Assembly: GCA_012295275.1 (NCBI GenBank)
Contig: CM022670.1
Location: forward strand, 27,652,001-27,716,000
Origin: Chrysomallon squamiferum
Taxonomy: Eukaryota; Animalia; Mollusca
Direction: 5' to 3'
DNA: 64,000 bases
How positions within the stretch are numbered: position 1 is the first letter of the stretch; each line of letters starts with the position of its first letter. The notes under the pieces were generated by a model that did no database searches, was not told the origin of the DNA, and saw only the letters and a program-made list of their open reading frames with translations. Shown piece after piece: positions 11,980-39,335 of this stretch. The position numbers and the translations under genes are program-made.

Positions 11980-14900
11980 TTACAGTTTAATGTCACATGT
12001 GTCAAGAATGCTTACCCTCCACCAGCCAGGTATTTATATTCAAATAAGATAAAGTTATAATACATATCTAAACAGTTAATTGTCCATTCTGTAGACAAAC
12101 TGAGCAATGCAATAATCTTTGCATATGGCCCACACTGCTAAATTGTTATCATGATATAAAGTGTAGGCTTTTATAGTTTCATGTAATCAGATTAGGGTGA
12201 TTGATTTTTTTGTTTTTGTTAAATGAGCAGAAATCATTGTCAGAATATAAATTCATATATGTTTACACAGAATATAAGTTCATATAAATAAGTTTTACAC
12301 TAAAATAAAACCTTGTACAGAAAACAAATAAAAATATAAAAGCTGTTATTACACTGAGAAATGGGCAGAACATTATAGGCCTAAATCTTCACATTCAACA
12401 TGAATAATCTTCCTTAGAAATAATAAAACATAAGAAATTGTTTCAAATGAATTTGAAAGATAAATACAAATTTTCGATTTTTTTTTTTTCTTCTCATTTT
12501 TCAGTGATTCTCTTATGCAGGTTTAGAGTTTTTTTTTTTTTTTTCAGACACAAAGTGGAAACTGTTGTTCTGAATCTGGATCTTCCCCCCGAGGAACGAT
12601 GGGTGGAAATTGCTGTTAAACGCAAAGCAGAAGTGAGTTTGAAAAATTATACAAAAATACTAGTATTTAATAATCAATCAACATAATGGAAAATTCTATC
12701 AAATGGTGTTAAAATATTCCCAAATCTTTAAGTGCTTTTTTAAAAAAGAAAAAAAAAAAAAAAAAAAAGAATAAATATACTTAAAAAACTAGAAAAAACA
12801 TTAAAATGTTGGGTATCTAATAAATAGCTGGGTAGTCTTTGATTCTAAAACCTATATATTTACTTTTTAAATATTTAGAAAAGGTGTACAAGCAATTTAG
12901 AAACAGTTTTAAGAATGCAGTCAATTAAAGGCATTTTTAACTTGTTCTTCAGTAGAATGGCATTTCAGTGCAAATTTCAAAATTCTGCTCTACCTGGTTA
13001 TATGAGGACCACCATGTATAATATACTCTACAATCCATGACAAACATTTTGCTGTGGAAAAGCTAAAAACTCTCTAATAATATCAACAGCATTGCTGTTT
13101 TCAGAAAAAAATGTTGCAAGGAATTTACATACTTACTTCAATATCACATATTGTGATAAAGATGTTTTTGTTCATTTTCCAAAAGACAGTGAAGCTCATA
13201 ATACTAGAGAATTTTTCATAAAAAAAAGAAATCCAGGTTTTAAAAAACTTTACAGAATGTTAGAAATCTGAAATAAATCTTAATAAAAAAATTAATATCT
13301 GAAATAAATCTTAAAAAAAAAATTAATATCTGAAATAAATCTTAAATAAAAAATTTTCATCTGAAACTCTGCATTAGATAAAACATTATCTGTATGATGA
13401 GCCAGTCAAAATGAGTGAACTGATTTCAGAATACTGATGCATTAAAATGTAATTTTTATTTTACTTCAGATAAAATTCTTGTGGTTCAAGCTAAAACAGT
13501 ACATAAGAGAGTGGGATAACACATCAAAAATCATAGACTTTGTGGACAAGAATATGGTATGTTGTAATAATTTTTTTTCAAATATTAGATTTTTAACACC
13601 ATCACATCATGCTGCTGTGGTTTTATCATGAGTAGTCACATTTATAACTGTGTTTAACAGACATCTGAAACATCTTCTGAAAAAGATGCAGAAGAAAACA
13701 TTAATTATCATCTTTCAGCAACTTGCCATTACCATGTACAAAAATCTAAAGAAAAAACATGGCATAAACATTAATTTGGATTGTATGAAAACTATTTAAA
13801 ATGTTAACTAATGAAAAAATTATTTTATTAAAAACAAGTAATGGGTCTTGGAAGAGGATTGGTGAACATTTTTTAAATATTATTTTATTAATATTATTAT
13901 CTTTTTTATCTTCATGGCAAAGGTAATTGTTAATTGTTACAAAAGAATAAAATAATGATAATATCTTCCAAAATAATCATAGTGGTTTATTTTAATATAA
14001 TAAATAGACTGTGAAACCTGTGTGGGTTTCTTTTTGAAATTTTTGTTTTATAGGTGAGTTATTTATTTTTAGGGGAAACTTGATGACACTTTGCCCTATC
14101 CTTTCCGAGGTGAAATTAAAGGCATTGCTAATGCAACAGGGTTAAATCTTGGTAAGTGTTCTTCCAGTATGAAACTGCAGTGTGTGGTATTTCATCTTTC
14201 TTTTTTTTCTTTTCTTCTTTTACCTTTTTCTTCATCTTTATTTTTTTTCAAAGTTTGTGATTAACAGCAAAATAGGAAATGTTTTTTCTTGCATTATATA
14301 TTTTAAATTTTTTTTTTTTTTTATTGATTAAATATTATTGTAAATATCTCCTTTATCAATTAAAAAAATATTGAACATAACAACCAAAACAAGTACTGAA
14401 CTTGAGGTAAATGTGTTTTATAATAAACATTAGATGGATATGAAACAAATTTGTCAATTGATTTATCTGAATAGTTTTTTACAAGCTCAATCTTTTATTT
14501 TGAAATTTTCAAATAACAGTTGAAAACTACTCTTTTCAGGAGAAGTTGTCTTGTTTAATCTCTTCTATGAATTCTTCACTGTTTGTACTTCCATTGTTGC
14601 AGAAGATCCAACAGGTAAGTCACTCTGTATTTTATTACCCCTCTTTGGGAAATGTGTATAATATAAAGGTATAATGCTATTTAATGTAAAGATAGAGACC
14701 TGTTGAATATAAATATTGGCTTGAAATAAAAATTTGATTGAACAGTGCAGAGAAATCTTTCATTTTATTATAGTAGAATTGTTACTGTTTGAAATAATTT
14801 TTAATTTTGCAGGTAAACTTTTTCATGCAAGAAATCTTGATTTTGGATTATTTATGGGGTAAGTTTTGTTTTTGGAATGCTGCATAAAAAGATACTTTGC

Positions 14901-17900
14901 TGTTAAAAACAGCCTTTGAAAGTAAAAAAAATAATAATAATAAATATCTTTCTTACTGCTAATCAGTAAGAACAATTTTAAAATGATAAACAGACTTCCT
15001 CTTATATCCAGCGCTGGTTCTAAATTTTCTAATCTCTATGGGCAAATTTATTATTAGGTCCCTTATGTAGGCCTTTACATAAATACAGGCTGTTTAATGC
15101 ATAAACAAAGCAACATTAACAGCAGATGCATTGCTAAGTGTTCGATATAATATGTGAACAACATACATTTTTTTGCATAACACAACAAATCACAGAAGAG
15201 AAACAAGAAATGGCGCATACCATTCTGCTAAATATATTTTATTGTAATTTTTGGTCCTGGCTGTATTTGCCCCTTCAAGTGACCGCCACTGGGCTTCAGA
15301 CAGCGTACTCTGTTCGGATTTTTTGCTCATTTCATCATCATTATAAGAAATACATATTGACATCTGACAGTTAGGCTGTGATATGTGACATTAAACAAAT
15401 ATTCAATCATTCACTTAAATGTTATTTTCAACTAACTGTAATTAATTCTTATGTTATTACATCCTAATGTTAGTTTAATAGAATCACCATCAAATTAGCA
15501 GCTTAAACCAACAATTCCTTGGGAGGTAAACCTCCAAAAGTGAGCTTGCATTTGCTTCCCTTTTGTTTTGCTTCCCTTTTGCTTGCTTAAATCCACATGA
15601 TTTGTTTTCTTCAAAAGCAAATAAAGAACAAAGAAAGGAAAAGAAAATAACTTTACGTGAAATGATTGTAGGTACAGAATGCCCTGTAACACAGTGCATT
15701 ATGTTTAGATGAATATATTTCTTTTCATTTTCTTTTTTAATTAATGCTGTTTAGATGGAACATCACAGATGACAGCTGGATTGTCACTGATGTTCTTCGA
15801 CCACTTGTCATAAATGTGGATTACCAGAGAGGAGGAAAAACAGTTTTCAAGGCAGTCCACTTTGCAGGCTATGTTGGTGTCTTGACTGGAATTAAACCTG
15901 TAAGATGGTGTTACTGAATATTTGTATTTTAATTTTAATTTTTTTTTATACTAATTTGGAAGTCAGTGGTTTATATTTACTTTTACAAAAAGAATAATGT
16001 CACACATTCATATGGTGCAAAGCCAAGAGATGGGGTCAGGTCAGTCTGCGTGTAAATCATACAAGTCTCAATTATTTTTATTTCTTCATCATGACTGAAT
16101 CTGAAATTTTTAAGTTGCTTGGTTTGCCTATACCCAGATGTACAAATCTTAGTGATGTTTTTATAAATAACAGAATTTAAATGAAAAAGATTTATAAGTT
16201 TTTGCTACATCATTTAAACTTCATGCAGTTGGTTACCTGTAATAAATATTGGTTTTGAAATATGCTTTTGTTTCTGACCATGAAGCATGTTGTTTGTTTA
16301 TTTGTAACATTTTTCTACTGGTAATTTTTTTTAATGTTCTTTAATACACTGAGCTTTGTTATTCCTGTTTCAGAAACATTTTACCTTCAGCATGAACGAA
16401 AGGTTTAACATTAATGGAGGATTTGTAGGTGAATATGTATTATTTTTAATTTTAAGTCATAACTTATCTGTTGGTAATCATTTGTTTTTATAAATATATA
16501 TAAATTGTATATTTAAATTTGACAAAAGCATAAAGAATTATGATATATTAATATTAAGATATGTGTGCTTAGTGCTGTTATTATTGCTGCTGTTGTTACC
16601 ACTAGCACAACAGCTATTATTACTGCTGCTACTGCTGCTACTACTACTACTACTACTACTACTTCTTCTACAGCCACAACTACCACTGCAGCAACTGCCA
16701 CTAGTACTACCGAAATTTCCTCTATTACTGCTATTACTACAACAATTTATCTGTTATTTTTACTATCCCTAATACCTCAACATCCACTTGCACAGCTGAA
16801 CTGATGGTGATTCTCCATAAGTGTTAGTGATACTACTACAATAGTTTATGCTACTTCAACTCTACTATTGTTTTTACAGAAACTACAATGACAACAATAC
16901 AAATTATGACTCTTGCTACCACTGATAATACTACTGCTACTTATATTTCACATCAAAAAATAAGCCATCTGCTGTAATGTATACTATTGTTAAATGATTT
17001 TTAGGTATTTTGGAATGGTTGTTAGGGAAACGAGATCAGGTATGGATGGGTTTCCTGACTAGATCAGTGATGGAGAATGCCACTAGTTATCATGATGCTC
17101 AGAAGAAACTAGCAACGACAAAGATGTTAGCCCCAGCATACTTCATCCTAGGAGGGCTACAGTCAGGGGAGGTAATTGGAAAACAAATTATTATTTTATT
17201 TTTCCCCCTCCCCTAGAACATCTGTCTTGTCACAGCCAAAAAGAAAAAAAAATGAAATGCAAGATTTTGTAAGAATCAGCTGAATTTTAAAGCAGTAACC
17301 TTAATGAAATATAGAAACTTACATTCTTCATATAGCTGTATTTATTAAGGAAATATTAATTTGGAAACTGATTTTTGTTGGTGTTTTGTTGTTGTGGTTG
17401 GTTTTCAAAAATACATTGCATTTTTTTAAAGAGAAATTAGATATATATATATATAAAATTTTAATGTTTATTTTAAACATCATTAGTAATGCATATGTTA
17501 CTATTATGGACATCAGTTTATTCTTATTTAAATGGTTTCTTATCATATACAAACTGGTTTATATGGCCATAACATTTTTATTAAAGCATTAGTTGAAACG
17601 CATTACTCTGTGTTAGTGTTTATTGTCCTATAGTCTTGAACAAATGAGGATCCTTTTTTTACTTGTTTTCAAAGATAGTTTGATTTTTTCACGACACATT
17701 GTTACAACAAAATTGAAAAACTGAAACAATATTCTGGCTAAATTCTTTACAGAAATTTGCATGTTTGTTCTGGGGTTGTTTTTTGTTGCTTTTTTAAAAT
17801 GATTATCAATATTTTCAGGGTGTTGTAATTACAAGAGATCGTGCTGCATCGGTTGATGTTTGGCAAATGAGAAGTGCTGGTGGATGGTACATTCTAGAAA

Positions 17901-18650
17901 CCAATTACGATCACTGGAAAAATCCTCTCATTATAGATGACCGACGAAGGCCAGCAAATAAGTGTATGAAGGAAATGACACAAAAGGTAAATATTTTATA
18001 ACAGTGTGATAATTAATATCATTAAAAAGTCATTTAAAAAAAAAAATTGGATTTCAAAATACAATGATTTGGGAAAATGTTAATAAAGTTTTATCATTTG
18101 AAATTAGATGATCATGTGTTTCATCTAATGATCATTTTCAAATCATCTGAAGATGATTTATCAATAAAGATATTTGATCAGTTTTTAAAATAGTTATTAA
18201 ATCCAGTATTTGAATAACTTGCCTTGAGAGTATACATTTTTGATGTTAGCAGCTGAAAATATTAATCAGACTGATTATCATATAATTTCTTTCTGTCCTA
18301 GGGAGTTTCTTTTGGAGGAATTTTTGATGTTTTATCTACAAAACCAGTCCTGAATAAGGTGGATCGTTATGTTCCTTCATTAGCTGTTATTGGTTATCAT
18401 TATAAAATATTTTTCACTTACTGACTGAAAATAAGAGAATTAAATTTTTAATGAAAGTTACAAAAATGTTTAAATCATACTTTTAATGGAATTTAAAAAA
18501 AAAAAAATTAAAAAAATTAATATAACCAAGAATAATTTACATTAAAACTGTCTAAAAAATTTCATGCTTATAATTTAAAAGTAAAACTTTAATAACTATT
18601 TAACATGACAACTGTATATTTTCAAAACAAATATTTTCCTCATATTTTAC

Positions 18651-18681
<31 letters not shown>

Positions 18682-18838
18682 TATAAAATGTAAAAATAAC
18701 CGATTGTAGCTATTTAAGATTAAAAATGTTATTGTTTACTAAATTCAGTTGACGACGTACTCTGCGCTGATGCAGGTTGACGCTGGAACTCTGGAGACTT
18801 GGCTGCAGTTCTGTCCTGACCCCTGTTACCCATTCTAG
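11338..18838 (+). CDS. ASAH1: Acid ceramidase, 386 aa, 13 coding exons: 11338-11400, 11986-12029, 12548-12632, 13470-13556, 14073-14151, 14540-14614, 14813-14858, 15755-15899, 16374-16428, 17005-17171, 17819-17986, 18302-18358, 18749-18838
   Basis: Signal peptide [16 protein letters not shown]; [10 protein letters not shown]; autocleavage and catalytic site FYEFFTV|CTSIVAED (Cys codon 14584-14586); [13 protein letters not shown]; [13 protein letters not shown]; APAYFILGG; ETNYDHW; DDRR; C-terminal CPDPCYPF. All introns are GT-AG and phases are consistent. Confidence 0.96.
13264..13367. repeat. Short intronic minisatellite, about 30-32-bp unit (ATCTGAAATAAATCTTAA-A-tract-TTAAT), about 3.3 copies
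   Basis: ATCTGAAATAAATCTTAA recurs three times in tandem, followed by a partial fourth copy. Confidence 0.75.
16570..16940. repeat. Degenerate (ACT/GCT/ATT)n trinucleotide tract in ASAH1 intron 9
   Basis: Runs of actact, gctgct and attatt; these produce the spurious Thr/Leu/Val-rich ORFs at 16513-16804. Confidence 0.8.
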
Positions 18839-20088
18839 AAACCATCAACGAGCAACCATGACAGTACTCAGGGAAAATCAAATTAAAATAGAAATATTAC
18901 TTAAAATACATGAATGCACATACTGATCAACAGTTATACAAGGGATATAACTCTAGATAGTATTACATCTTTATAAAGCGATATTATTTTATTTACATAA
19001 AAACTAGCATTTGTCTTTATCAGTTTATCAGTTTTTAATATCTTTTTATTAAATATTATATTGCAAATGCTAAAATAAATGTTCATTAACATTTACACAT
19101 TTTTAAAAATATTACAAATAATTTTCATTTAAGTTGAAATGAGGAAATCATAATTTACTGGAAAATATAATATTTAATTCATATGCAAATGTGAAAAAAA
19201 CATTATCTAAAAATGTAAAATTTAAATTGTGTAAAACTGAAAACATGACATAATTTAAAATGTGAAATTTAAACAAAAATGATTAATTGTGTAATTTTCT
19301 AAAATATTAATAATAAAATTTAATTCATTCATAAATACAAAAAATGATAACATTAAAATAAAACAAAAAAGATGAACCACTTGTCTGTATAGAAATAATT
19401 ACATTCTGCAAAATCTTTAGTAGAAAATGTACGAAATGTTTGAGAATTTATTTTTAGATGTTTTTTCTAGATGAACTGTGATAAATTATTCATTTAATTT
19501 GAACTTTCTGATTATAACTAACACATTATTTTGCAATTAGTGTGAAAACATCTGAGGAAAACTTTACTCGTGTTTTTCTTGTGAATTATTTGATAAAACA
19601 AACAGTAGTTTGATTTATACATGTGAGAGTGAATGATATTTTCTGTGGTTTATCAGTGACTAATTTCAAAACGAGAGAAAAATATCTGATTGATTGTTTC
19701 AGAATCATAAGCCTAATTTTTTTTAAATTTAATATGAGTGAATGGTTTGTGATTTAATATCAGTTATTCTGTTCTTTTATCATGCTGTCAAATTGTTTTA
19801 CATACATGTATATAATGAATGCTTCGCATTGTGTTTATCCTGAAGTTCTATCAAATTAATTCTTTTTTCTTTCTTTTTTTGAGAAGTGGCATTGTTCTTT
19901 ACTTTTCTTTACTTTTCAGATAAAATTTGCTTTTTAAAAAATCCTATTTGTTTTGTTTTGTTTTGTTTTGTATGGATTTCTTGACAGCAAAGGCAGTCTT
20001 AAACTTTTTATTTCTTATTATGTTTTTTAATTTTGTTCAGAAATCAAATAGATCTGTTCTTAAATCAGCAAATTCATGTATATCTCTT

Positions 20089-20119
<31 letters not shown>

Positions 20120-21119
20120 GTAATATAAGTATTTGAGCAAATAAAATCCCTGATTTCATTAATATAATAAGTGTATTTCTCTACACAACTGCTTATGTTG
20201 TAAACATGAAGACACATAATGGAATTATGTGATTCTAAATGTGCAATGGTCAGTGGAAATGAACATTTCTTTGTTGTTAGAAACACTGTTATACTCTCAT
20301 TAAAATTATTTTTAGTGCAATAGGGCCTACCTAAGTAGTGGGAGCTTTGTTTAATTTTTATTTATTTATTTTATTTTATTTGTTTCAAGTTATTGTTTAT
20401 ATGTTAATTTAGTTTACACCATGTATCATATTTAAGCTGTATTTGAATGGAGGTTACATTTGATACGGGCCATGTTGAAAATGAGAAATTTGGAACTGGT
20501 TGTGTTTACTTGTTACCAGCATCGGTCGTTTTCAATTTAGTTTTATACTTTTTATTATCGGATTTGATTCACCAATGCAAGGAGCATCAGTATAATTCAG
20601 TCACGTGATAAATTACTGTTGTTCTTCCCAATAACGTTGTAACTGTCATGGATGTTTAGTATAATGATAATGCTGCGTTAACCTCGAGAAATTGGTTTAT
20701 TTAGGAACAATAGTCGACAGAAAAGCACGAATCAATTATATATATTCAATAATATGCTGTATGATGAGTGTTAACTATTAAATTGAGTTTTGTAATGTTC
20801 TGATCTTTCAAACGAAAGCAAAAATATACTTGTATTTGCAGTAAATAATAAATGTCAGTAAAACGAAACATTAAATGCAATGGCGTCCGGTAGCTTACGG
20901 AATAACAAATGGTGTTAGAACAATACAACGACGTCATAAACTTACGTTGTATTTCCTGTTTATGTCCTGATAATAAGCATTTATTTTTCTGCTTGATGTC
21001 AGCATTTCATAATATATATCAACTAACTTAGTCATATCTGTTTCTTTAATTTTTCTCTTCAAGAAGAACAATATCTTGTGACTCATCCTGGCGGATTTAA
21101 TTAATTACTTGATTAGCTG

Positions 21120-21165
<46 letters not shown>

Positions 21166-21506
21166 TCGGAAGAGAGTGAGAAAAAAATAATAATAAACAA
21201 ACAAGACTTGTAAACAAATTCTGTATTGATTCTGCAGTATTCTTATTGGTTCCTGAAATATGAAATAATTATTAAACTAACATCAAAGAGAAAGAGTAGT
21301 CTTTTAATTACTGATTTGTATAAATACAGAATTTTTATTTTTATTTTTTTTAAATAGATGCTTACATAATTTCTTGTATAGCTTTATTTCGGAGCCATAG
21401 GTGTTAATGATAAATATATTTCAATACCCTAATAGTTTAAAAATAATAATAATAACAGTCACAAAAATTATTTTTAAAAATACATGACAAAAAACGTTAA
21501 ATTAAG

Positions 21507-21514
21507 TGACGTCA
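21507..21514. promoter_or_regulatory. Full palindromic CRE (TGACGTCA) 125 bp upstream of the distal first coding exon of the CNBD gene
   Basis: Exact TGACGTCA in AT-rich, CpG-poor context upstream of ATG 21639. Function is inferred. Confidence 0.4.
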
Positions 21515-21638
21515 TAATGGAGATCAGTGAATGCCAGTGACACAAAATAACTAACGATAAAATAAAATCAGAAAGTTTTTAATTAATTTTCAACATCCAT
21601 GATAGTACCCATGAGAAGGTGAAATTCGGAGACCAAAA

Positions 21639-35160
<13,522 letters not shown>

Positions 35161-35204
35161 CCACAGATAGTGAACAAAGCGAAAATGACAAGATCATAAT
35201 ACTA

Positions 35205-35481
35205 CTATAGCTACATGTCTTGGTAAATATTTGTTATGTCCAAAGAGTCCAAGTTCATATTACTTTGTCGTGATTCTGCTATAGCAATACGTCTTGATAA
35301 ATGGACGCCACGTGCTAAGATTGTAAATCAAAACACCGGGATCGTGTTACTTTGTAACGATATTTCTGCAGCTATATCAACACGTCTCGGTAAATGATTT
35401 TCATGTCCAAAGACTGCATATCAAGATTCAGTAAAATACTACTTTTTTATGATTCTGTCGCAGCAAATTTGTCTTCATAAA
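35205..35481. repeat. Degenerate tandem repeat, about 75-95-bp period, 3-4 copies, in the CNBD 3' UTR
   Basis: Recurrent CTATAGC..CGTCTTG.TAAAT...ATGTCCAAAGA...TTACTTTG...GATTCTG motif near 35206, 35279, 35372 and 35456. Confidence 0.55.
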
Positions 35482-36919
35482 ACATTATCATACTCGACAT
35501 CATAATTGTTATCGCAACTTTTCACATAGATGTGTATATACTCGTGTGTGATGATGATAAATGAAGATCACGCCAAAACTATTGCAAAATGTTTATCGAT
35601 GTCAAAGCCAATTGCATGGCATTTGTGATATTCAACCACTGTTTTTCTTTATATATATATATATATATATATTAAAAAAAAAGTTTTGCTATTCTCGTTA
35701 GTCCATAACTTTGTAAATAATTTGAAGGCAGGACAAATTACTTTTGTCTTAAAATACGAAAAATCGAGATGTCCATAGATTTTATTATTTGTTTCTTACT
35801 TTTTAAATTTTATTTTTATCATTATCCTCTAATTTTTGTGGATATTTCGAGTCTGCTTTAATTACTGTTTTTAATTTTAGAATTAATTTGTTCAATTGTT
35901 TTTTTTTAATTAAAATTAAAAATTACTAATTAATTATGATTATTTTGATTTCATTTGTATTTTGTATATTTGACACTATATGTGTGTATGAGTCTATATA
36001 TAAGCCTACTTTTGTTTTTTAAGCTTTTATTAATGTTTTATTATTCGTATTACTATGTTGTTTTAGTTTTATTAATTCAATGGAACTAGTTATATATAGA
36101 AAGTATATCTTAGTTTATCAGATTTGTTCATACCAATAAAGCTTGTATCACCTTGTTCATACACTTTGTTTCTTACTTTTCTATGTAATTTCTAAATTTT
36201 TCCTGGAGAGCGGTTTTTCTGCATTAGGTATTACCATTTATTTCATTACAAACGTGAAAAATGTTTAACGTATAATTTGCGTCGATGAGAATCTGAGTTG
36301 TATCCCTTTTAGAATCTTCTGTTTTTAAATTTAAAAAATATTTTTACAAAAATTAAAAATATTTTTGATGATTTTTTAATAATAATAATAATTTTTAAAA
36401 ATATTCTTACCGTTGCTGCTGTTGTTGGTGGTTGTTATTATTCTAGATATCATGAACTTTAAATTTTACCTCACTGAGGTACTGAATCACAGCCTGTTAG
36501 TTTCGCAATATTTTATAATTTGCATTTAGTATTTGGTCTTGTATTCTATTTGGTTATTTAAATAAATGAAATATTAAAAATAATGTTGTTTCTTTGTTTC
36601 TTTTTAAAAAAAAATTAATCACAAGTAGCAAGAATTCGAAACTAAAATTTAGAAGGAATTCTTGCTATCATAGGAAGTTTTGTAGCTTTCATTTTATTAA
36701 ACAAAAAAAATATAATAAAATCTCGTCTTATAATAATACAAAAACACACATAAACATGCACACAAGCCGAAAGAAACCAAATAACACAACGCATAAATGT
36801 ATTGTAGATAAAATATTTAATGTTAACTTCAAAAAGGTATTTCTTTTCTTCAGTTTCTTTAAAAAAATATAATAAAAGCAATCAATTAATCTACCAAGCA
36901 GTTTTTTTAAATTTACAAT

Positions 36920-37821
36920 TTACCGACTCTTCGAGTCCCGCTTCAAAACTTTAACCCTGCAGTTGCGAGATTTCTTAGTTTCAAGTTTTACGTGACAGAT
37001 GACATCGAATTCAATATCTTTTGGATTCTGGCCTAGAACAATCTTTCTGCTCTGTTTCTGACTTTTGTTTTTCCTTTTGGGTCTTTTGCTTTTCTTCTTC
37101 TTTTTCTCTTTGCAACACGCGTATCTGTTGCAGATTTCGCTCTGACACGAGCCGTTGGGATCGCAGCACACTTCGGGCACACACAACCCATCATCGCAGA
37201 CCGCATCGCAGTCCGACTCGCAGAACGTTCGTTTTCTGGGCACAGGAACACAGCAGTCGTCACAGCAGGAGAGAGGACAGCATTCGTCTTCGCAGACAGA
37301 TGGCGGACGCCGTCGCTCACGACGTTTCGTTCTGCATTTTTTGGCCCTCCTCTTCTCAAAACATTTCACTCTGAAGTAGTAGTAACATTTTCCGTATTCC
37401 CAAGCTGTCAAGAAGGCGCGTTGAAGAAAATGAGCGCAACCGAAGTTAACAAAGACGAGCATGATCATCATATAAATTGCAATCAGTTTCTGCCAACCTC
37501 TTCCTACTCCTGACAAAGCTCGGAGAGGACCGTTCATTAGGAAACAAAAAAGAGAATTCCCCTGCAAAGCAAATATATTTCCATTAATGAGTGAAACGTT
37601 TAAAACTGTGCTGTATAAGACATCATAACATAACTTAATACAGAGAATCCACAACGTCTGACAATGTTAAAATGAGAACTGTGTCATCCTGGATCAGGCC
37701 TTGTAATATTTTATTTATTTATTTATTTTTGTTGTGTAAATACTAAAATATAATATTTAAAGGTTACATAACGAGAGCAAAATTTATTACTAATAGCTTT
37801 TTTCTTCTTCGTTTATTATTA

Positions 37822-37867
<46 letters not shown>

Positions 37868-38160
37868 AACCAACTAAATACATGTAAATAAAAAAAATAT
37901 AAATAAAATAATAATTTTACCTGCACAGCCACTGTCAACATCAATAAAAAGGCCAGTACTATAAAAACTGCGACGATAGAAACGAATGTGCCAAGACGGG
38001 AGAAAAACTGCTTTGTAATTACTTGTCTCAGGGCTGGCAGTATTAGTAGAAAGCAGGCTGCAGTGAACATGGCTGTTGCTATAACTGGTGGAGTTCCTCC
38101 GTCACCTTCACCGGAGAAACAAGCAACAGCATTGCATAATCTTCTGATAAAACAGAACAT
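36920..38160 (-). CDS. Orphan membrane protein, about 293 aa, with three hydrophobic segments and a basic/Cys-rich tail. Exons 38160-37921 and 37561-36920
   Basis: Two ORFs join in phase 0 through GTGCAG|GTAAAA and TTTGCAG|GGGAAT. The sequence is GC-richer and codon-like relative to its flanks. Hydrophobic stretches: VIATAMFTAACFLLILPAL, LGTFVSIVAVFIVLAFLLMLTVAV, LIAIYMMIMLVFVNFGCAHFL. Cys-rich block: CEDECCPLSCCDDCC...CESDCDAVCDDGLCVPEVCCDPNGSC. A further upstream exon is possible (acceptor at 38170-38172). Confidence 0.65.
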
Positions 38161-38260
38161 CACAAATATCTGTACAGCCCATGTAACAGTGAATTTTTTT
38201 TTTTTTTTATATTATACTGTTTTTAAAACTGATCGACACTATTCATATTTTACATGTTCA

Positions 38261-38301
38261 GTGACGTAACGTTACTATAGTAAAATCAGTTATATACGTC
38301 A
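38261..38301. promoter_or_regulatory. CRE-like sites and an RFX X-box-like palindrome upstream of the orphan 3-TM gene
   Basis: TGACGTAA (38262-38269), GTTACTATAGTAA (38271-38283, with perfect palindrome TTACTATAGTAA) and TACGTCA (about 38294-38300). Confidence 0.4.
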
Positions 38302-38909
38302 CTCGGAAAAATTCGGTTCTTTTCGTTCTATCAACCTGACCGGCTGAAACTTTTAGCTTTAAGGCAAAATTTAATTTATCAAATTTGCATATGGATTCAG
38401 TATTACCGATCTTAGACTGATGAGTAAGCGGCTTACTTTGTACTTCGATCTAAATGGAAATACTATATAAGTAAAACTATTGATATAGTCACTTGTTTTG
38501 TGGATAAAGTTTTCAAAACCCACAAATCTGAAAACAAATAAGACAGTTGGGTAGAGCTTATTAACCCTTTTAAAATGACACAAAATCAAGTGAATATGTT
38601 GAAATTTAAAGGAAGTATCGGCAATTTCAAACTCCCTAATAAGCACTTATTTTCGTCCAGTTAAACACTATTTAAGTCAATAGCTATATTTTAGCACCCA
38701 GGAAGGTCAAAGTTCGATATTTCTAACAACGTGCATGTCGTCGCTACCAGTGCCAATGACGTGTAATATTATATCAAAAGTTGTGTCCACAAATGTATAC
38801 AAAAAATTCAAATTAAAGCTCATTCAATTACCTTTCATTTTCTTAGTTTCAAACAATGTTCGACATCACAGTCTGTCATCTTCGGCGTAGAAAGCCCCGT
38901 ATTTGAAAG

Positions 38910-39335
38910 TAGCACGTGCGTAGCGAAATTGCCATAAATTATGTTTTATACTAGCCAAATAGCTGTAAATTTTATTACAGCTAGAAAGCACCGAGCTGTT
39001 TAAAATGATTATATTTTTTTTATGTTGTTTTAATGTTTAAAGCATGTATGTTTTTCTTCAGTGCTCCTACTTTTAGCGTATAATAACGATAGAAATAAAA
39101 TACGAATGCCACTTGCGTAGCGATATCGCCGTGTATTTTACCTGCAGCCAAAAAGAACTGATGCTATTTAAAATGATTATATTTCTAAGCACGTGCTTAG
39201 CGAAATCGCCATGAATTTCATGTACAATTAGAAAGGACTAGCACCGTTTATGTTGTTTATATTTTAATGAATTTTCCTTCAGTGTATATTTTATGTTAAA
39301 CTAAAAAGAACTGGCGCTATTTAAAATGATTGTTT
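38910..39335. repeat. Degenerate tandem array, 3-4 copies: GCACGTGCGTAGCGAAAT.GCC ... AAAGAACTG..GCTATTTAAAATGATT
   Basis: The head motif recurs near 38911, 39108 and 39188. The TTTAAAATGATT tail recurs near 38998, 39167 and 39320. Confidence 0.65.

Noticed and set aside
16513-16804. Mucin-like Thr/Ala-rich ORF with an apparent signal peptide
   Set aside because: It is a degenerate trinucleotide tract inside ASAH1 intron 9, and ASAH1 is complete without it.
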